Assembly: GCA_963668625.2 (NCBI GenBank)
Contig: CAXXKA010000008.1
Span: forward strand, 1,248,001 to 1,312,000
From: an uncultured candidate division Zixibacteria bacterium
Lineage (GTDB): Bacteria; Zixibacteria; MSB-5A5; UBA10806; 4484-95
Length of the DNA stretch: 64,000 nt
Direction of reading: 5' to 3'
Shown here: in pieces, positions 21,910-32,119 of the stretch
Layout: the number at the start of each line of letters is the position of its first letter
How positions within the stretch are numbered: position 1 is the stretch's first letter
Made by a program: the position numbers and the translations under genes
The notes under the pieces: generated by a model
The model's input: only the letters and a program-made list of their open reading frames with translations
Databases searched by the model: none
What the model was told of the DNA's origin: nothing

Positions 21910-23279
21910 AATTCAAACGAATAAAGAAACTTCACTTTATAGGCATCGGTGGCACCGGTATGTGTGGAATCGCCGAGGTATTGCATAACCTGGGATACAC
22001 TATTACCGGGTCGGATTTGAAGCAAACCGAGGTCACCGACTACCTGTCTAAACTCGGTATGAAAATAACGTACGAACATAAACCGGAAAACATTCACGGC
22101 GCGGATGTCGTGGTTTATTCCTCGGCGGTGAAAGGTGAAAATCCCGAGCTTAACGAGGCCGGTGTTCAGAAAATAGCCGCAATATCACGGGCGGAGATGC
22201 TGGCCGAGCTTATGCGGATGAAATTCTCCGTGGCGGTCGCCGGCACGCATGGCAAAACCACTACCACCTCGCTGGTGGGGCACGTACTCAACAAAGTAGG
22301 ATTCGATCCGACTGTAATTGTCGGTGGCCGCGTACTGGGTGTTGGCACCAATGCTTATGTCGGCAAGGGCGACTATATCGTCATCGAGGCCGATGAGTTC
22401 GATCGCTCGCTATTGCGATTCTATCCGACGGTTTCGATTATCACCTCGATAGAACCCGAGCACATGGAATGCTATGCCGATTTCGATGATTTGCAAAACT
22501 GTTTCGTGGAATTCGCCAACCGGGTACCTTTTTACGGAAGTATAATCTATTGCCTGGATGACCCGACTCTTCAGCAAATAAGAACACGGTTCACCCGTCC
22601 CAGCTTATCCTATGGATTTTCCCGTCATGCCGATTTGTGGGCAACCGATCTCGTCCCTTCGATAGAGGGCACGGAGTTCACCTGCAGGTCCAACGGTAAC
22701 ATTCTGGGGAAAGCGTTCGTACCTTTGCTCGGCAAACATAACGTGTTAAACGCCATGGCCGCGTTAACGGCAGCTCTCGACCTGGAGGTCCCGTTCGAGA
22801 AAGCGGCCGAGGCTTTAAAATCATTCCCGGGTGTCGGTCGACGTCTGGAGTTGGCCGGGCAGGTTGATGGGATAAGAGTTTACGATGACTACGCGCATCA
22901 CCCCACGGAAATTAAGGCGACTCTGGAGGGAATTCGTCATAGTTTTCAGGGTAGGATCACGGCGGTGTTTCAACCGCATTTGTATTCACGCACGCAGAAT
23001 TTCGTTAACGAGTTCGGCACCGCTTTTTTCGATTCGGACATGCTGGTGGTAACCAAAATATTCCCTGCTCGCGAAAAACCGATCGAGGGGGTAACCGGCA
23101 AGATCGTAGCGGAGGCCGCTCAACGCTCGGGACACAAGAGGGTGGAGTTCATCGAAAATAAGGATGATATACCATCGTTCCTGAAAAACAGTATCAAAAG
23201 CGGGGATATCGTGGTAGTGTTCGGAGCCGGTGATATTTACCGGTTGACGCCGAAAATTTTAAAAGAGCTCGAGAGATGA
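21906..23279 (+). CDS. murC: UDP-MurNAc:L-Ala ligase MurC
   Basis: HFIGIGGTGM, GTHGKTTT, EADE, DDYAHHPTEI, FQPHLYSRT. Confidence 0.97.
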   Translation: MKFKRIKKLHFIGIGGTGMCGIAEVLHNLGYTITGSDLKQTEVTDYLSKLGMKITYEHKPENIHGADVVVYSSAVKGENPELNEAGVQKIAAISRAEMLAELMRMKFSVAVAGTHGKTTTTSLVGHVLNKVGFDPTVIVGGRVLGVGTNAYVGKGDYIVIEADEFDRSLLRFYPTVSIITSIEPEHMECYADFDDLQNCFVEFANRVPFYGSIIYCLDDPTLQQIRTRFTRPSLSYGFSRHADLWATDLVPSIEGTEFTCRSNGNILGKAFVPLLGKHNVLNAMAALTAALDLEVPFEKAAEALKSFPGVGRRLELAGQVDGIRVYDDYAHHPTEIKATLEGIRHSFQGRITAVFQPHLYSRTQNFVNEFGTAFFDSDMLVVTKIFPAREKPIEGVTGKIVAEAAQRSGHKRVEFIENKDDIPSFLKNSIKSGDIVVVFGAGDIYRLTPKILKELER

Positions 23280-23980
23280 AAAGAGTAATCGGAGCGATAA
23301 TAGTCGTGGCGCTTTCGTTTATCACGGCCAGGTATGCTTATATTAAAACCGGCGATCTAGCTTGGTTCAAGCTCTCCGAGGTGGAGATAGATTGCCCGGA
23401 GTTTCTCGACAGGGAGCAGGTGATGGAAAGGTCCAACCTCGAACTGGGTGAATCGATATTCGACCAGGATTTTGCCTCGGCCGCGGATTCGCTTGTGACC
23501 CTGCCGGGTATAGAGGCGGTGAGTATCGAGCGCAAACTGCCCTCGGGCGTGAAACTTCAGTTGCACCCCGACCAGGTGGTGTTATTCGTCAGAACCGATA
23601 AAATATACGGTCTCACCCGGAGATTGAAAACTATCGAGGTGAGCAGAAAGGATAAAGTATTACCGGTGGTGACCGGATTATCCAACCGTAACAGCAAGAA
23701 ATACGATAATAAGGTTAACCTGTGCTACGCGCTTTCTCTCTTTGATGAGTTGAGCACGCTTTCGAGAAATTTATCGAACAGGCTTTCGGAGATACATTTT
23801 AAAAACAGTGAATTAGTCGAGTTGTATTTCGACCCGGGAGGTGTCAGGATTTTGATGTCATTGCGTAATTACAGGAAATCATTATCCAGGCTCGTAGTAA
23901 TCGATAACAGGGGGTTATTGGGAAACTCCGGATCGTTTGATATGACCGCCGGCAAGATGGTGGTGAAAGGCGGGGTGTGA
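23276..23980 (+). CDS. ftsQ: FtsQ/DivIB-like POTRA protein
   Basis: N-terminal TM helix, POTRA-like segment (F.LSEVEI...IERKLP), LPVVTG; directly upstream of ftsA. Confidence 0.75.
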   Translation: MKRVIGAIIVVALSFITARYAYIKTGDLAWFKLSEVEIDCPEFLDREQVMERSNLELGESIFDQDFASAADSLVTLPGIEAVSIERKLPSGVKLQLHPDQVVLFVRTDKIYGLTRRLKTIEVSRKDKVLPVVTGLSNRNSKKYDNKVNLCYALSLFDELSTLSRNLSNRLSEIHFKNSELVELYFDPGGVRILMSLRNYRKSLSRLVVIDNRGLLGNSGSFDMTAGKMVVKGGV

Positions 23981-23981
23981 T

Positions 23982-25211
23982 ATGGCAAAAGAAAATATAG
24001 TAGTAGGTTTAGATATAGGTAGCACCAAGATAGCCGTGGCCGTGGCAACACCGGCCGAGGACGGCGGATTCAAGCTGCTGGGAATCGGCGCGACTCCCTC
24101 GGAGGGATTGAAACGCGGCGTGGTGGTCGATATCGAGAAAGTTGTTCATTCGATACATACCGCCGTTGCCGATGCCGAGATGATCTCAGGCAGCAAGATC
24201 GATTCGGTGTATGCCGGTATCGCGGGTGAGCATATTAAAAGCATAAACAGTCGCGGAGTAATCGCCATAGGCAAAGGCAACTCCGAGATAACTCATTCGG
24301 ATGTCGACAGGGTGATCGAGGCCGCCCGGGCGGTGGCTATTCCCGCCGACAGGGAGATCATCCATGTGTTACCGCAGGAGTTCACTGTCGATGACCAGGG
24401 CGGCGTAACCGACCCGGTTGGTATGATCGGTATGCGCCTAGAGGTGAACGTTCATATAGTGACAGGCTCGACCGCCTCGGTGACTAATGTTGTAAAAGCG
24501 ATAGAGAAGGCCGATTTGGCCGTGGAGGAACTGGTGCTAAGCCCGTTCTCGGCGGCATATGCGGTATTGAACGAGGATGAGCGCGAGCTGGGATGCGTAT
24601 TGGTAGACCTGGGCGCGGGTACCACCGATGTAGCGGCGTTTCTCGATGGTTCGATAAAGCACACGGCGGTGCTGGGTATCGGCGGCAAGAATGTCACCAA
24701 CGATATCGCTATCGGCCTGCGTACGCCTCTCGAACAGGCGGAACGTCTGAAATGCCTTCATGGCAGTTCACTCGTTTCGATGGTCGATTCGAGTGAGATG
24801 ATTATCGTGCCGGGAGTCGGTGGTCGTGAATCCAAAGAGGTATCGCGTTCGGTGTTGGCGGCGATAATCGAGCCGCGAGCGGAGGAGATCTTCTCGCTGG
24901 TAGCGCGCGAGTTGAAAAAAGCCAACCTGGCCGAATCAATGGCCTCCGGCGTAATAATTACCGGAGGTGGATCGAAATTAACAGGCGTTGCCGAACTGGC
25001 CGAGCAGATATTCGATCTGCCCGCGAAACTGGCCGCGCCGTCATATACAATCGAGGAAAGCAATGAGAAAATCGGACCTGAATTCGCGGCCGCTATCGGG
25101 CTGGTCCGCTATGGTATTCAGTTCGAACAGCAGGCCGGCGGCAAGAAAAGCAGACGGTCGGGTTCCAAGTTTTTCGAGAAGATTAAAAATATATTTTCAG
25201 AATACTTTTAA
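23982..25211 (+). CDS. ftsA: Cell division protein FtsA
   Basis: [31 protein letters not shown]. Confidence 0.97.
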   Translation: MAKENIVVGLDIGSTKIAVAVATPAEDGGFKLLGIGATPSEGLKRGVVVDIEKVVHSIHTAVADAEMISGSKIDSVYAGIAGEHIKSINSRGVIAIGKGNSEITHSDVDRVIEAARAVAIPADREIIHVLPQEFTVDDQGGVTDPVGMIGMRLEVNVHIVTGSTASVTNVVKAIEKADLAVEELVLSPFSAAYAVLNEDERELGCVLVDLGAGTTDVAAFLDGSIKHTAVLGIGGKNVTNDIAIGLRTPLEQAERLKCLHGSSLVSMVDSSEMIIVPGVGGRESKEVSRSVLAAIIEPRAEEIFSLVARELKKANLAESMASGVIITGGGSKLTGVAELAEQIFDLPAKLAAPSYTIEESNEKIGPEFAAAIGLVRYGIQFEQQAGGKKSRRSGSKFFEKIKNIFSEYF

Positions 25212-25243
25212 CCTCCTCATGGAGGGGTAGGAGGGAAGCAGCC

Positions 25244-26446
25244 GTGATCGAGTACGACGTTGAAAGCGAAACCTATGCCAAGATGAAAGTCGTTGGTGTC
25301 GGCGGCGCCGGCGGCAACGCAGTTAACCGCATGATCGAATCAGGCCTGGTGGGCGTGAAATTTATCGCCATCAATACGGATAACCAGGCGCTGGAGTACA
25401 ACAAAGCCGAATCGATAGTTCAGATCGGCAAGAAACTTACCAAAGGATTGGGCGCGGGAGCAAACCCGGATGTCGGGCAATCCGCCGCCGAGGAGGATAT
25501 CGACTGTATCAAGAAATCCGTCGCCGGTGCGGATATGGTCTTTGTCACCTGCGGTATGGGTGGAGGTACCGGTACCGGGGCTATCTCGGTGGTTGCCCAG
25601 GCCGCTAAAGAATTAGGCGCGCTGACAGTAGGTATTGTCACCAAGCCGTTTGTTTTCGAGGGTTCGCAGCGTATGAAGAAAGCTGAGGCGGGTATAAAAC
25701 GCCTGCGTGAGGCTGTCGATACGCTGATCGTTATACCCAACCAACGACTATTGCAAATCCTCGATCCGGGAACGCCGTTTACCGAATCGTTCCACAAAGC
25801 CGATGAGGTGCTGTATTCGGCCACGAAGGGTATCGCCGATTTGATAACTCGTCATGGCCTGATCAACCTCGATTTCGCCGATGTGCGTACGGTCATGTCG
25901 GAAAAAGGCGAGGCATTAATGGGCACCGGGTTCGGAGCCGGCGAGAGTGGAGCGGAGCTGGCCGCCAAGATGGCTATCAGTTCACCGCTTCTCGAGGATA
26001 TCGATATCTCCGGCGCCAAGGGCGTGCTGGTGAATATTACCGGCGGCAAAAACATGACTATCATGAATGTCAACGATTCCATGGAGGCGGTTTATGCCGC
26101 GGTTGGCGGGGATGCCAATATTATATTCGGCGCCGTGATCGACAACAATCTCGATGACGAGATATTCGTGACCGTTATCGCTACCGGGTTCGGCAATAAA
26201 GATGACATGCTCGGAAAGGAAGTTATCCCCGGTTCGTTGTTCAATGAGGGGGGGGATGACGGTGGATTACGTCCGCCTGCGCCGCGTAAACGACCCCAAC
26301 AGGGCGATGAGCGACGGATTTACAAAGAGATCATGCATCGCGAGTACGAGCCTAAAAATATCGACAGGCCCGCGTTCGAACGTTACCGCGGTGGTAGTGA
26401 TGATGACGATGATGATAAGGGCTGGAGTCAGGACGATTTGATTTAA
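25244..26446 (+). CDS. ftsZ: Cell division protein FtsZ
   Basis: [19 protein letters not shown], tubulin signature [22 protein letters not shown]; GGAGG RBS and GTG start. Confidence 0.98.
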   Translation: MIEYDVESETYAKMKVVGVGGAGGNAVNRMIESGLVGVKFIAINTDNQALEYNKAESIVQIGKKLTKGLGAGANPDVGQSAAEEDIDCIKKSVAGADMVFVTCGMGGGTGTGAISVVAQAAKELGALTVGIVTKPFVFEGSQRMKKAEAGIKRLREAVDTLIVIPNQRLLQILDPGTPFTESFHKADEVLYSATKGIADLITRHGLINLDFADVRTVMSEKGEALMGTGFGAGESGAELAAKMAISSPLLEDIDISGAKGVLVNITGGKNMTIMNVNDSMEAVYAAVGGDANIIFGAVIDNNLDDEIFVTVIATGFGNKDDMLGKEVIPGSLFNEGGDDGGLRPPAPRKRPQQGDERRIYKEIMHREYEPKNIDRPAFERYRGGSDDDDDDKGWSQDDLI

Positions 26447-26474
26447 AAATTCTGTTTAACTGATATTCTCGGGT

Positions 26475-26531
26475 AAAGTCTCCGTAGATATGTAGTGTTA
26501 GCGACGGCGCTGCTATTTGCGGAGACTTTTT
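26475..26531. terminator. Long hairpin, probably a bidirectional intrinsic terminator between ftsZ and the convergent kinase
   Basis: AAAGTCTCCGTAGATA ... TATTTGCGGAGACTTT followed by a T run. Confidence 0.7.
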
Positions 26532-26601
26532 GTTTATGTTTTCGCGATCTTGTATAGTTTCAAGATTCCAATGAAATAAACAATATAAATATTACACCAG
26601 T

Positions 26602-28836
26602 TTAAGTACCGATCATTTCTTTAGACTTCTTTTTAACCCTGTCAAGTTCGTTTCTGACAGAGATAGCCAGCGATCTCAATGTCAACGGTTTTCTGATATA
26701 AGAGCCGACTCCCAATTCGAGCGCCTCTTTGACCTGGTCGTTCTCGCTGTATCCCGAAACAATTATAGCTTTCTGACCGGGACGAATCTCAATCGCTTTT
26801 CTATATGTCTGGGTACCGTTTAAATCCCCCGGCATGATCATATCCAGTATTAATAAATCATACGATTCTCTCTGTAATAGATCAATTGCTTTGCGCCCGC
26901 TGTCTACGGCTATAACTTCATATCCCAGATCATCCAGGAGCTTGGATGTAACATCCCGCTGTATCGAATCATCATCCACGACAAGAATACTTTCATTTCC
27001 GCCGACGATCTCCAATTCGGTTTCGTATATCACCTGTTCACGAGTAATGGGGAAATAGAGTATGAAAGTAGTCCCTTTACCTTGATCGGTGATAAGATCG
27101 ACGTAGCCGTTATGATCTTCCATGATGGAATGCACTACTGTAAGTCCCAATCCCGAGCCCTTATTTTTATCCGATATCTTTGTCGTGAAGAACGGATCGA
27201 ATATTCTGGGCAATACGTTTTCGGGGATTCCCGGGCCGGTATCGGAGATCGTGATTTTTACGTATTCGCCTTTGGGTATTTTTTGATTGAAACCGCCAAT
27301 GGTATCTTTATAATTGTTTTCGGAAACGACCCTGATTATTCCTGCCTCCGGTATCGACTCGATGGCGTTCGATAACAAGTTCTGAAGTATGCGAAGGATT
27401 TGAGCCGCGCCGCCCTTTATTGCCATAAGGTTATCTGCCAGGGTGGCCTTTATGAGTATATGTTCGGGAATAGGTTTCAGGCTTTCGATCACCTGGTTTA
27501 GGATATCGTTAAGGTTTATTGGCAGAAGATTATAATGGCCTCGCCGGCTTAATGTCAGTAACTGTTGGTTTATCTCGGCGATGTTTCCCGCTGACATCTC
27601 GATTTTATCGATGTATTGTCTTGCCGGATTGGTGTCATCTATGTGTTTCCTTATTAACTCGGGGTAAGCCATCAGTGGGCCGAGCAGATTATTGAAATCA
27701 TGCGCCACCTGCCCGGCAATTCGACCGGCTACTTCCAGACGTTGGGCGCGACCGGATAAATCCTGAAGTCTTTTCTTCTCGGTTATATCGATAGCGATAC
27801 CGCGAATACCGTTTGCGATATTATTCTGAAATATGGGATTCGTGTAGACGCTCACCGTAGCGCTCTGACCGCTCTTCTTTACCAGTTTATATTCGTTATT
27901 CTCGGATTCGACACCTTTAAATATCTGTTTGATTCTCTGGGCAATGCGGGAATTGTCTTCGGGATTGAATAATTTCGAGAAATGTAATTTATTTTCGATA
28001 TCTTTTTCGGTATAGCCGGTGAAATTGAAAGCAAACTTGTTGGCATAGGTGAAATACCCCTGAGTATCGATCTCGAAAATCATCTGAGGCAGCAAATTCG
28101 CGAGATTTTTAAACCGTCTCTGGCTTTTTCGGAGCTGGCACTCGGCTTCCTCTCGATGCATCCTGGCATTAATACTTTGCTTGATTAGAAATACTTGTAA
28201 TATTAACACCAGGAATAAAATACCGGCGGAAAATACCAGTACTCGTTTCTGTATCGCGGCAATCTCGGCTTCTACATCATCTATATAAATGCCCGATCCG
28301 ATTATCCATCCCCAGGGTTTGAATATTTTTACGAATGATATTTTCGGGACTACCCTGGTTGAATCATCTTTCCATTGCCACATATAGTCGATATAGCCTT
28401 CATCATGAGCTTTTACCGTTTTAACGGACTCCACGAATAACTTTTTGCCGTGAGGGTCCATATAGTTAGATAGATCTTTACCATTAAGGTCGGTTCTATA
28501 GGGATGTACAATCATTGTTGGATGTAAATCGTTTATCCATATATAATCTTTCATATCCTCGCCATAGCGAATGAATTTTATATGGTCGATGAATTCCTGT
28601 TGGGCTTCCTCAAGCGTTGCGGTTCCGTTCTCTACGAGACTGTTATGGTAAACCATGTCATTCCAGGTAGCGTAAATGATATTTCTGATTGCCTCTTTTT
28701 TTTTATCCATTATACTTTCTTTGATCGATGGCAATACTATCGAATAGAAAGAACTGATGAATAAAATTATACTCAATGTTGCAGGTAAGATAATATAAAG
28801 GAATTCCGCCCTGGTGAATTTGCTGAATTTTTCCAT
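26602..28836 (-). CDS. Hybrid sensor histidine kinase (TM-single Cache-TM-PAS-HisKA-HATPase-REC)
   Basis: Cache RYG..DYIWIND...HPY..DL.G...PWGWIIGSG; H-box AHDFNNLL; N-box NL.SNA; DTGPG, IFDPFFTTK, GSGLGL; REC VVDDD...LDMIMP...KP. Confidence 0.92.
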   Translation of the reverse strand: MEKFSKFTRAEFLYIILPATLSIILFISSFYSIVLPSIKESIMDKKKEAIRNIIYATWNDMVYHNSLVENGTATLEEAQQEFIDHIKFIRYGEDMKDYIWINDLHPTMIVHPYRTDLNGKDLSNYMDPHGKKLFVESVKTVKAHDEGYIDYMWQWKDDSTRVVPKISFVKIFKPWGWIIGSGIYIDDVEAEIAAIQKRVLVFSAGILFLVLILQVFLIKQSINARMHREEAECQLRKSQRRFKNLANLLPQMIFEIDTQGYFTYANKFAFNFTGYTEKDIENKLHFSKLFNPEDNSRIAQRIKQIFKGVESENNEYKLVKKSGQSATVSVYTNPIFQNNIANGIRGIAIDITEKKRLQDLSGRAQRLEVAGRIAGQVAHDFNNLLGPLMAYPELIRKHIDDTNPARQYIDKIEMSAGNIAEINQQLLTLSRRGHYNLLPINLNDILNQVIESLKPIPEHILIKATLADNLMAIKGGAAQILRILQNLLSNAIESIPEAGIIRVVSENNYKDTIGGFNQKIPKGEYVKITISDTGPGIPENVLPRIFDPFFTTKISDKNKGSGLGLTVVHSIMEDHNGYVDLITDQGKGTTFILYFPITREQVIYETELEIVGGNESILVVDDDSIQRDVTSKLLDDLGYEVIAVDSGRKAIDLLQRESYDLLILDMIMPGDLNGTQTYRKAIEIRPGQKAIIVSGYSENDQVKEALELGVGSYIRKPLTLRSLAISVRNELDRVKKKSKEMIGT

Positions 28837-28929
28837 TGAAATTAGTATTACCCCCGCTTTTGATGCAATCTTTTATATATCATTCATCCGGTAAAACGAA
28901 AAACAATACCCCCGAAGAATCCATTATAT

Positions 28930-28956
28930 TTTTCGGTGTATTTATTTGACACTTAA
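28930..28956 (-). promoter_or_regulatory. Putative sigma28 (FliA-type) promoter
   Basis: Minus strand TTAA-N15-ACCGAAAA upstream of the first hybrid kinase. Confidence 0.4.
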
Positions 28957-29102
28957 ACGTCGAACTTAGATATCGTTTGAAAAAGAAATGAATTAGTGCA
29001 TCATATTGATTTTATTGACTGATAGGTAAATAACAATGAATGAGAATGCTAATTATCTGATAATCGAATTACAGTATTTATTAAAATCTGGACTAATTAT
29101 TA

Positions 29103-31364
29103 TTAGAATATTTTTGCAGACGATATTTCATTATCTTCTTTCGAATCCAGTTCGGATCGTACTGCAAGAGATAATGATTTAAGGGTCAGAGGTTTTTTAA
29201 TAAATGCCCCGGCGCCCAGATCGAGAGCTTGTTGTACATGCTCATTCTCAGCGTAACCGGAGACTATAATAGCTTTTTGATCGGGATTTATAGCAATTGC
29301 TTTTTGATATGTTTCAGATCCATTGATATGTCCCGGCATTATCATATCGAGCACTATCAAATCGAATGTTTTTTTCCTCAATAGATTTATAGCTTTTTCG
29401 CCACAATCAACGGCCTCCGCGACGTAGCCGAGATTTTCCAGTAATTTCGTAGTAACCTCGCGCTGCAATTCATCATCATCTACCACCAGTATGGATTCAT
29501 CGCCGCCGATTATTCTGTCATCATTACTTGACCTTAATTTCTCACGGGTAATCGGGAAATAAAGATAGAATGTTGTCCCGACACCCAAATCACTCGCATA
29601 GTCGATAAACCCATTGTGATCTTCCATGATGGAGTGAACAACGGTTAAGCCAAGACCGGAACCTTTCCTTTTATCTGAAAGCTTGGTCGTGAAAAACGGA
29701 TCGAATATTTTCGGTAATGTCTCAGGCGAAATGCCATGCCCCGTATCGGAAATCGTTATTTTAATATATTCGCCCTGTGGTATTTTGTAGTAATTACCGG
29801 CAGGCTTATCCTGATAGTAGTTTTCGGTTTTGATGGATATTATTCCATCTCCTTCTAGCGCCTCTATGCTGTTTGAAATCAAATTCAACAGGATCCTGTT
29901 TACCTGGGCGGCTCCCCCTTTTACCGTCATCGGATACTCCACCAGATCGATATCCAGGCTGGCATATGAGGGTATCGGTTGAAGCTGGTTTATTACTTGC
30001 TTTACCACCTTATTGATATCCATGGGGATTTGATTGTAATGTCCTCGTCGGCTTAATGTCAGGAGTTGCTGGTTTATCTCAGCTATATAGGCGGCCGCGA
30101 CTTCTATTTTATTGATATACTGGATAGAAGGGTGATCCTCTGAAAGTGTGTTTTTTATCAGATCGGGATACGCCATTAGCGGCGCCAGCAGATTGTTAAA
30201 ATCATGCGCTACCTGCCCGGCTATTCGACCCGCTACCTCGAGACGCTGGGCTCTCTGTCCCTGTTCCTGTAACTTCTTGAAATCGGTAATATCAATAATA
30301 ATACCCCTGTAGCCGATGGGCTTATCATCATGCAAAATAACATTCGAGTAGATATGAATATCTGCTTGTTCTCCGCTTTTTCTTATAAGTTTGTATTCGG
30401 AATCTTCAGTGTCTTCTCCAGCAATCAGTTTTTTCATATTATTCCGTACTCGGGAAAATTCTTCCTCGCTGAATAACGAAGCGATGTTGAATCCCTCGGA
30501 TACTTCTTTACTGGTGTAACCGGTAAACTCGAAAGCATAACGGTTGGCATATATAATATTGCCATCTATATCGAGCTCGAATACCATTTGCGGTAATAAT
30601 TCAGCCAGTTCTTTGAATCTGCTTTCGCTTTTGCGGAGTCTTTGCTCGGCGGATGAGCGTTTACGATTCGATTTTAAATTCTGGCTTATTAGTTTAAATT
30701 GTAATAATAATATGAGTAGCAGTATGCTAAGAAAAGCATAAGTCATTTTACGTTTTACGTCGGCTATTTTCGCTTTGACATCATCTACATACATGCCTGT
30801 ACCGATAATCCAGCCCCAGGGCTCGAAACCTTTGACAAATGTAACTTTTAACGCTAGATTCAGCGGGTCATCATAGCGGTCGAAGACATATTCGATATAA
30901 CCTTCACCATTATTTTCGACCATTTCAATCGATTCATTGGATATATCGGTATCAATGGCCTGGCTAGAATCAATCAAATCTGGCACGTAGAGATCAGGCC
31001 TGTATGGGTGCATTAATAACTTGGATTTGCCATCGTGTATCCAGAAATAATCTTTCAACTCGGGGCCATATCGGATATATTTTACGCTTTCGACAACCTC
31101 ATCCTGGGCTTGCTTGAGGCTAAGTTTGCCCTCCTTTACCTGGGCATTATAATGATCCATATAGGTATAGACTACATAAGCCAGATTCTTAACACTTTCT
31201 TTTCTTTCGGAGATTATGTCGTTTTCGAAATATGGCAGCATTAAACCGAAAATAGCTATCGTGAATAATATGACGCTTAATAATGCAGGGATAATTATAT
31301 TCGAGTATTCTGAATACCTGGAAATATTCAGAAAACGAGAAATTGCGGTTTTAATTCGTGTCAT
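29103..31364 (-). CDS. Hybrid sensor histidine kinase, tandem paralogue of 26602-28836
   Basis: Same Cache-PAS-HisKA-HATPase-REC order; identical RAQRLEVAGRIAGQVAHDFNNLL and EINQQLLTLSRRGHYN blocks. Confidence 0.92.
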   Translation of the reverse strand: MTRIKTAISRFLNISRYSEYSNIIIPALLSVILFTIAIFGLMLPYFENDIISERKESVKNLAYVVYTYMDHYNAQVKEGKLSLKQAQDEVVESVKYIRYGPELKDYFWIHDGKSKLLMHPYRPDLYVPDLIDSSQAIDTDISNESIEMVENNGEGYIEYVFDRYDDPLNLALKVTFVKGFEPWGWIIGTGMYVDDVKAKIADVKRKMTYAFLSILLLILLLQFKLISQNLKSNRKRSSAEQRLRKSESRFKELAELLPQMVFELDIDGNIIYANRYAFEFTGYTSKEVSEGFNIASLFSEEEFSRVRNNMKKLIAGEDTEDSEYKLIRKSGEQADIHIYSNVILHDDKPIGYRGIIIDITDFKKLQEQGQRAQRLEVAGRIAGQVAHDFNNLLAPLMAYPDLIKNTLSEDHPSIQYINKIEVAAAYIAEINQQLLTLSRRGHYNQIPMDINKVVKQVINQLQPIPSYASLDIDLVEYPMTVKGGAAQVNRILLNLISNSIEALEGDGIISIKTENYYQDKPAGNYYKIPQGEYIKITISDTGHGISPETLPKIFDPFFTTKLSDKRKGSGLGLTVVHSIMEDHNGFIDYASDLGVGTTFYLYFPITREKLRSSNDDRIIGGDESILVVDDDELQREVTTKLLENLGYVAEAVDCGEKAINLLRKKTFDLIVLDMIMPGHINGSETYQKAIAINPDQKAIIVSGYAENEHVQQALDLGAGAFIKKPLTLKSLSLAVRSELDSKEDNEISSAKIF

Positions 31365-31388
31365 CTCCTTTTTTCCTATTCAATATTT

Positions 31389-31416
31389 TTTTCGGTTGTG
31401 ATGATGGATATCTTGA
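31389..31416 (-). promoter_or_regulatory. Putative sigma28 (FliA-type) promoter
   Basis: Minus strand TCAA-N16-ACCGAAAA upstream of the second hybrid kinase; spacer is one base longer than consensus. Confidence 0.35.
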
Positions 31417-31565
31417 ATTGTTGTCAATTATAAGTTTAAAATACTAATATTTATTGTTATAAAAGTTAATTAACAAGAAAGGTACATATGTTGATCTATA
31501 ATTGTATGATCCCGATACGAAAGATGCGTTGTTAAGTACGATATCAGGCAATAGTCCGAAGTGTA

Positions 31566-32102
31566 TTAATTCAGGATAATTTTATCACCCTTGATCGGTA
31601 CTCCCTCGAATCTCAGCAAACGTTTTTTTATCTCTATGCCATCCCCTCCGCTGTAGCCGGTCAGATGACCATCGGAGCCAACGATTCTGTGGCAGGGGAT
31701 AACTATCGGGATTGGATTAGTAGCCATCGCCTGTCCGGCTGCTCGGGCGGCTTTTGGGGAACCGGCCTTTCGCGCCAACTCGCCATAAGTTATTACCGAA
31801 CCGAATGGGATTCGAGTAGCCGTTTTCAGAGCTTTCAATTTGAAAGGCGTCAGATAGTCGATATCGAGATCAGCATCGAAACTATCACGCTTACCGTTGA
31901 AATATTCGGCCAACTGTTTTTTTATCCCCGAAGTTTTGTGGGTATCTTCCCCGGTTTTAAAGCCATATTTGCAGGCATGCTCGAAAATGTCAATAAGCCC
32001 TTTGTATCGCCCGAAACTGACAACTCTTAAACCTTCATCGCTGACCGCGAATACTACATGGCCGTAGTCCTTATCCTCAATTTTATCGATATATAGCTTC
32101 AT
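31566..32102 (-). CDS. ogt: Methylated-DNA--protein-cysteine methyltransferase
   Basis: IPFG...TYGELA, AARAAGQA..NP..IVIPCHR (active-site PCHR), GYSGG. Confidence 0.93.
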   Translation of the reverse strand: MKLYIDKIEDKDYGHVVFAVSDEGLRVVSFGRYKGLIDIFEHACKYGFKTGEDTHKTSGIKKQLAEYFNGKRDSFDADLDIDYLTPFKLKALKTATRIPFGSVITYGELARKAGSPKAARAAGQAMATNPIPIVIPCHRIVGSDGHLTGYSGGDGIEIKKRLLRFEGVPIKGDKIILN

Positions 32103-32119
32103 CCTATTTTCTCGTTTTA

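Noticed and set aside
26398-26420. DDDDDDK in FtsZ looks like a FLAG/enterokinase tag
   Set aside because: It lacks DYK and sits in native context with no vector sequence; coincidence.
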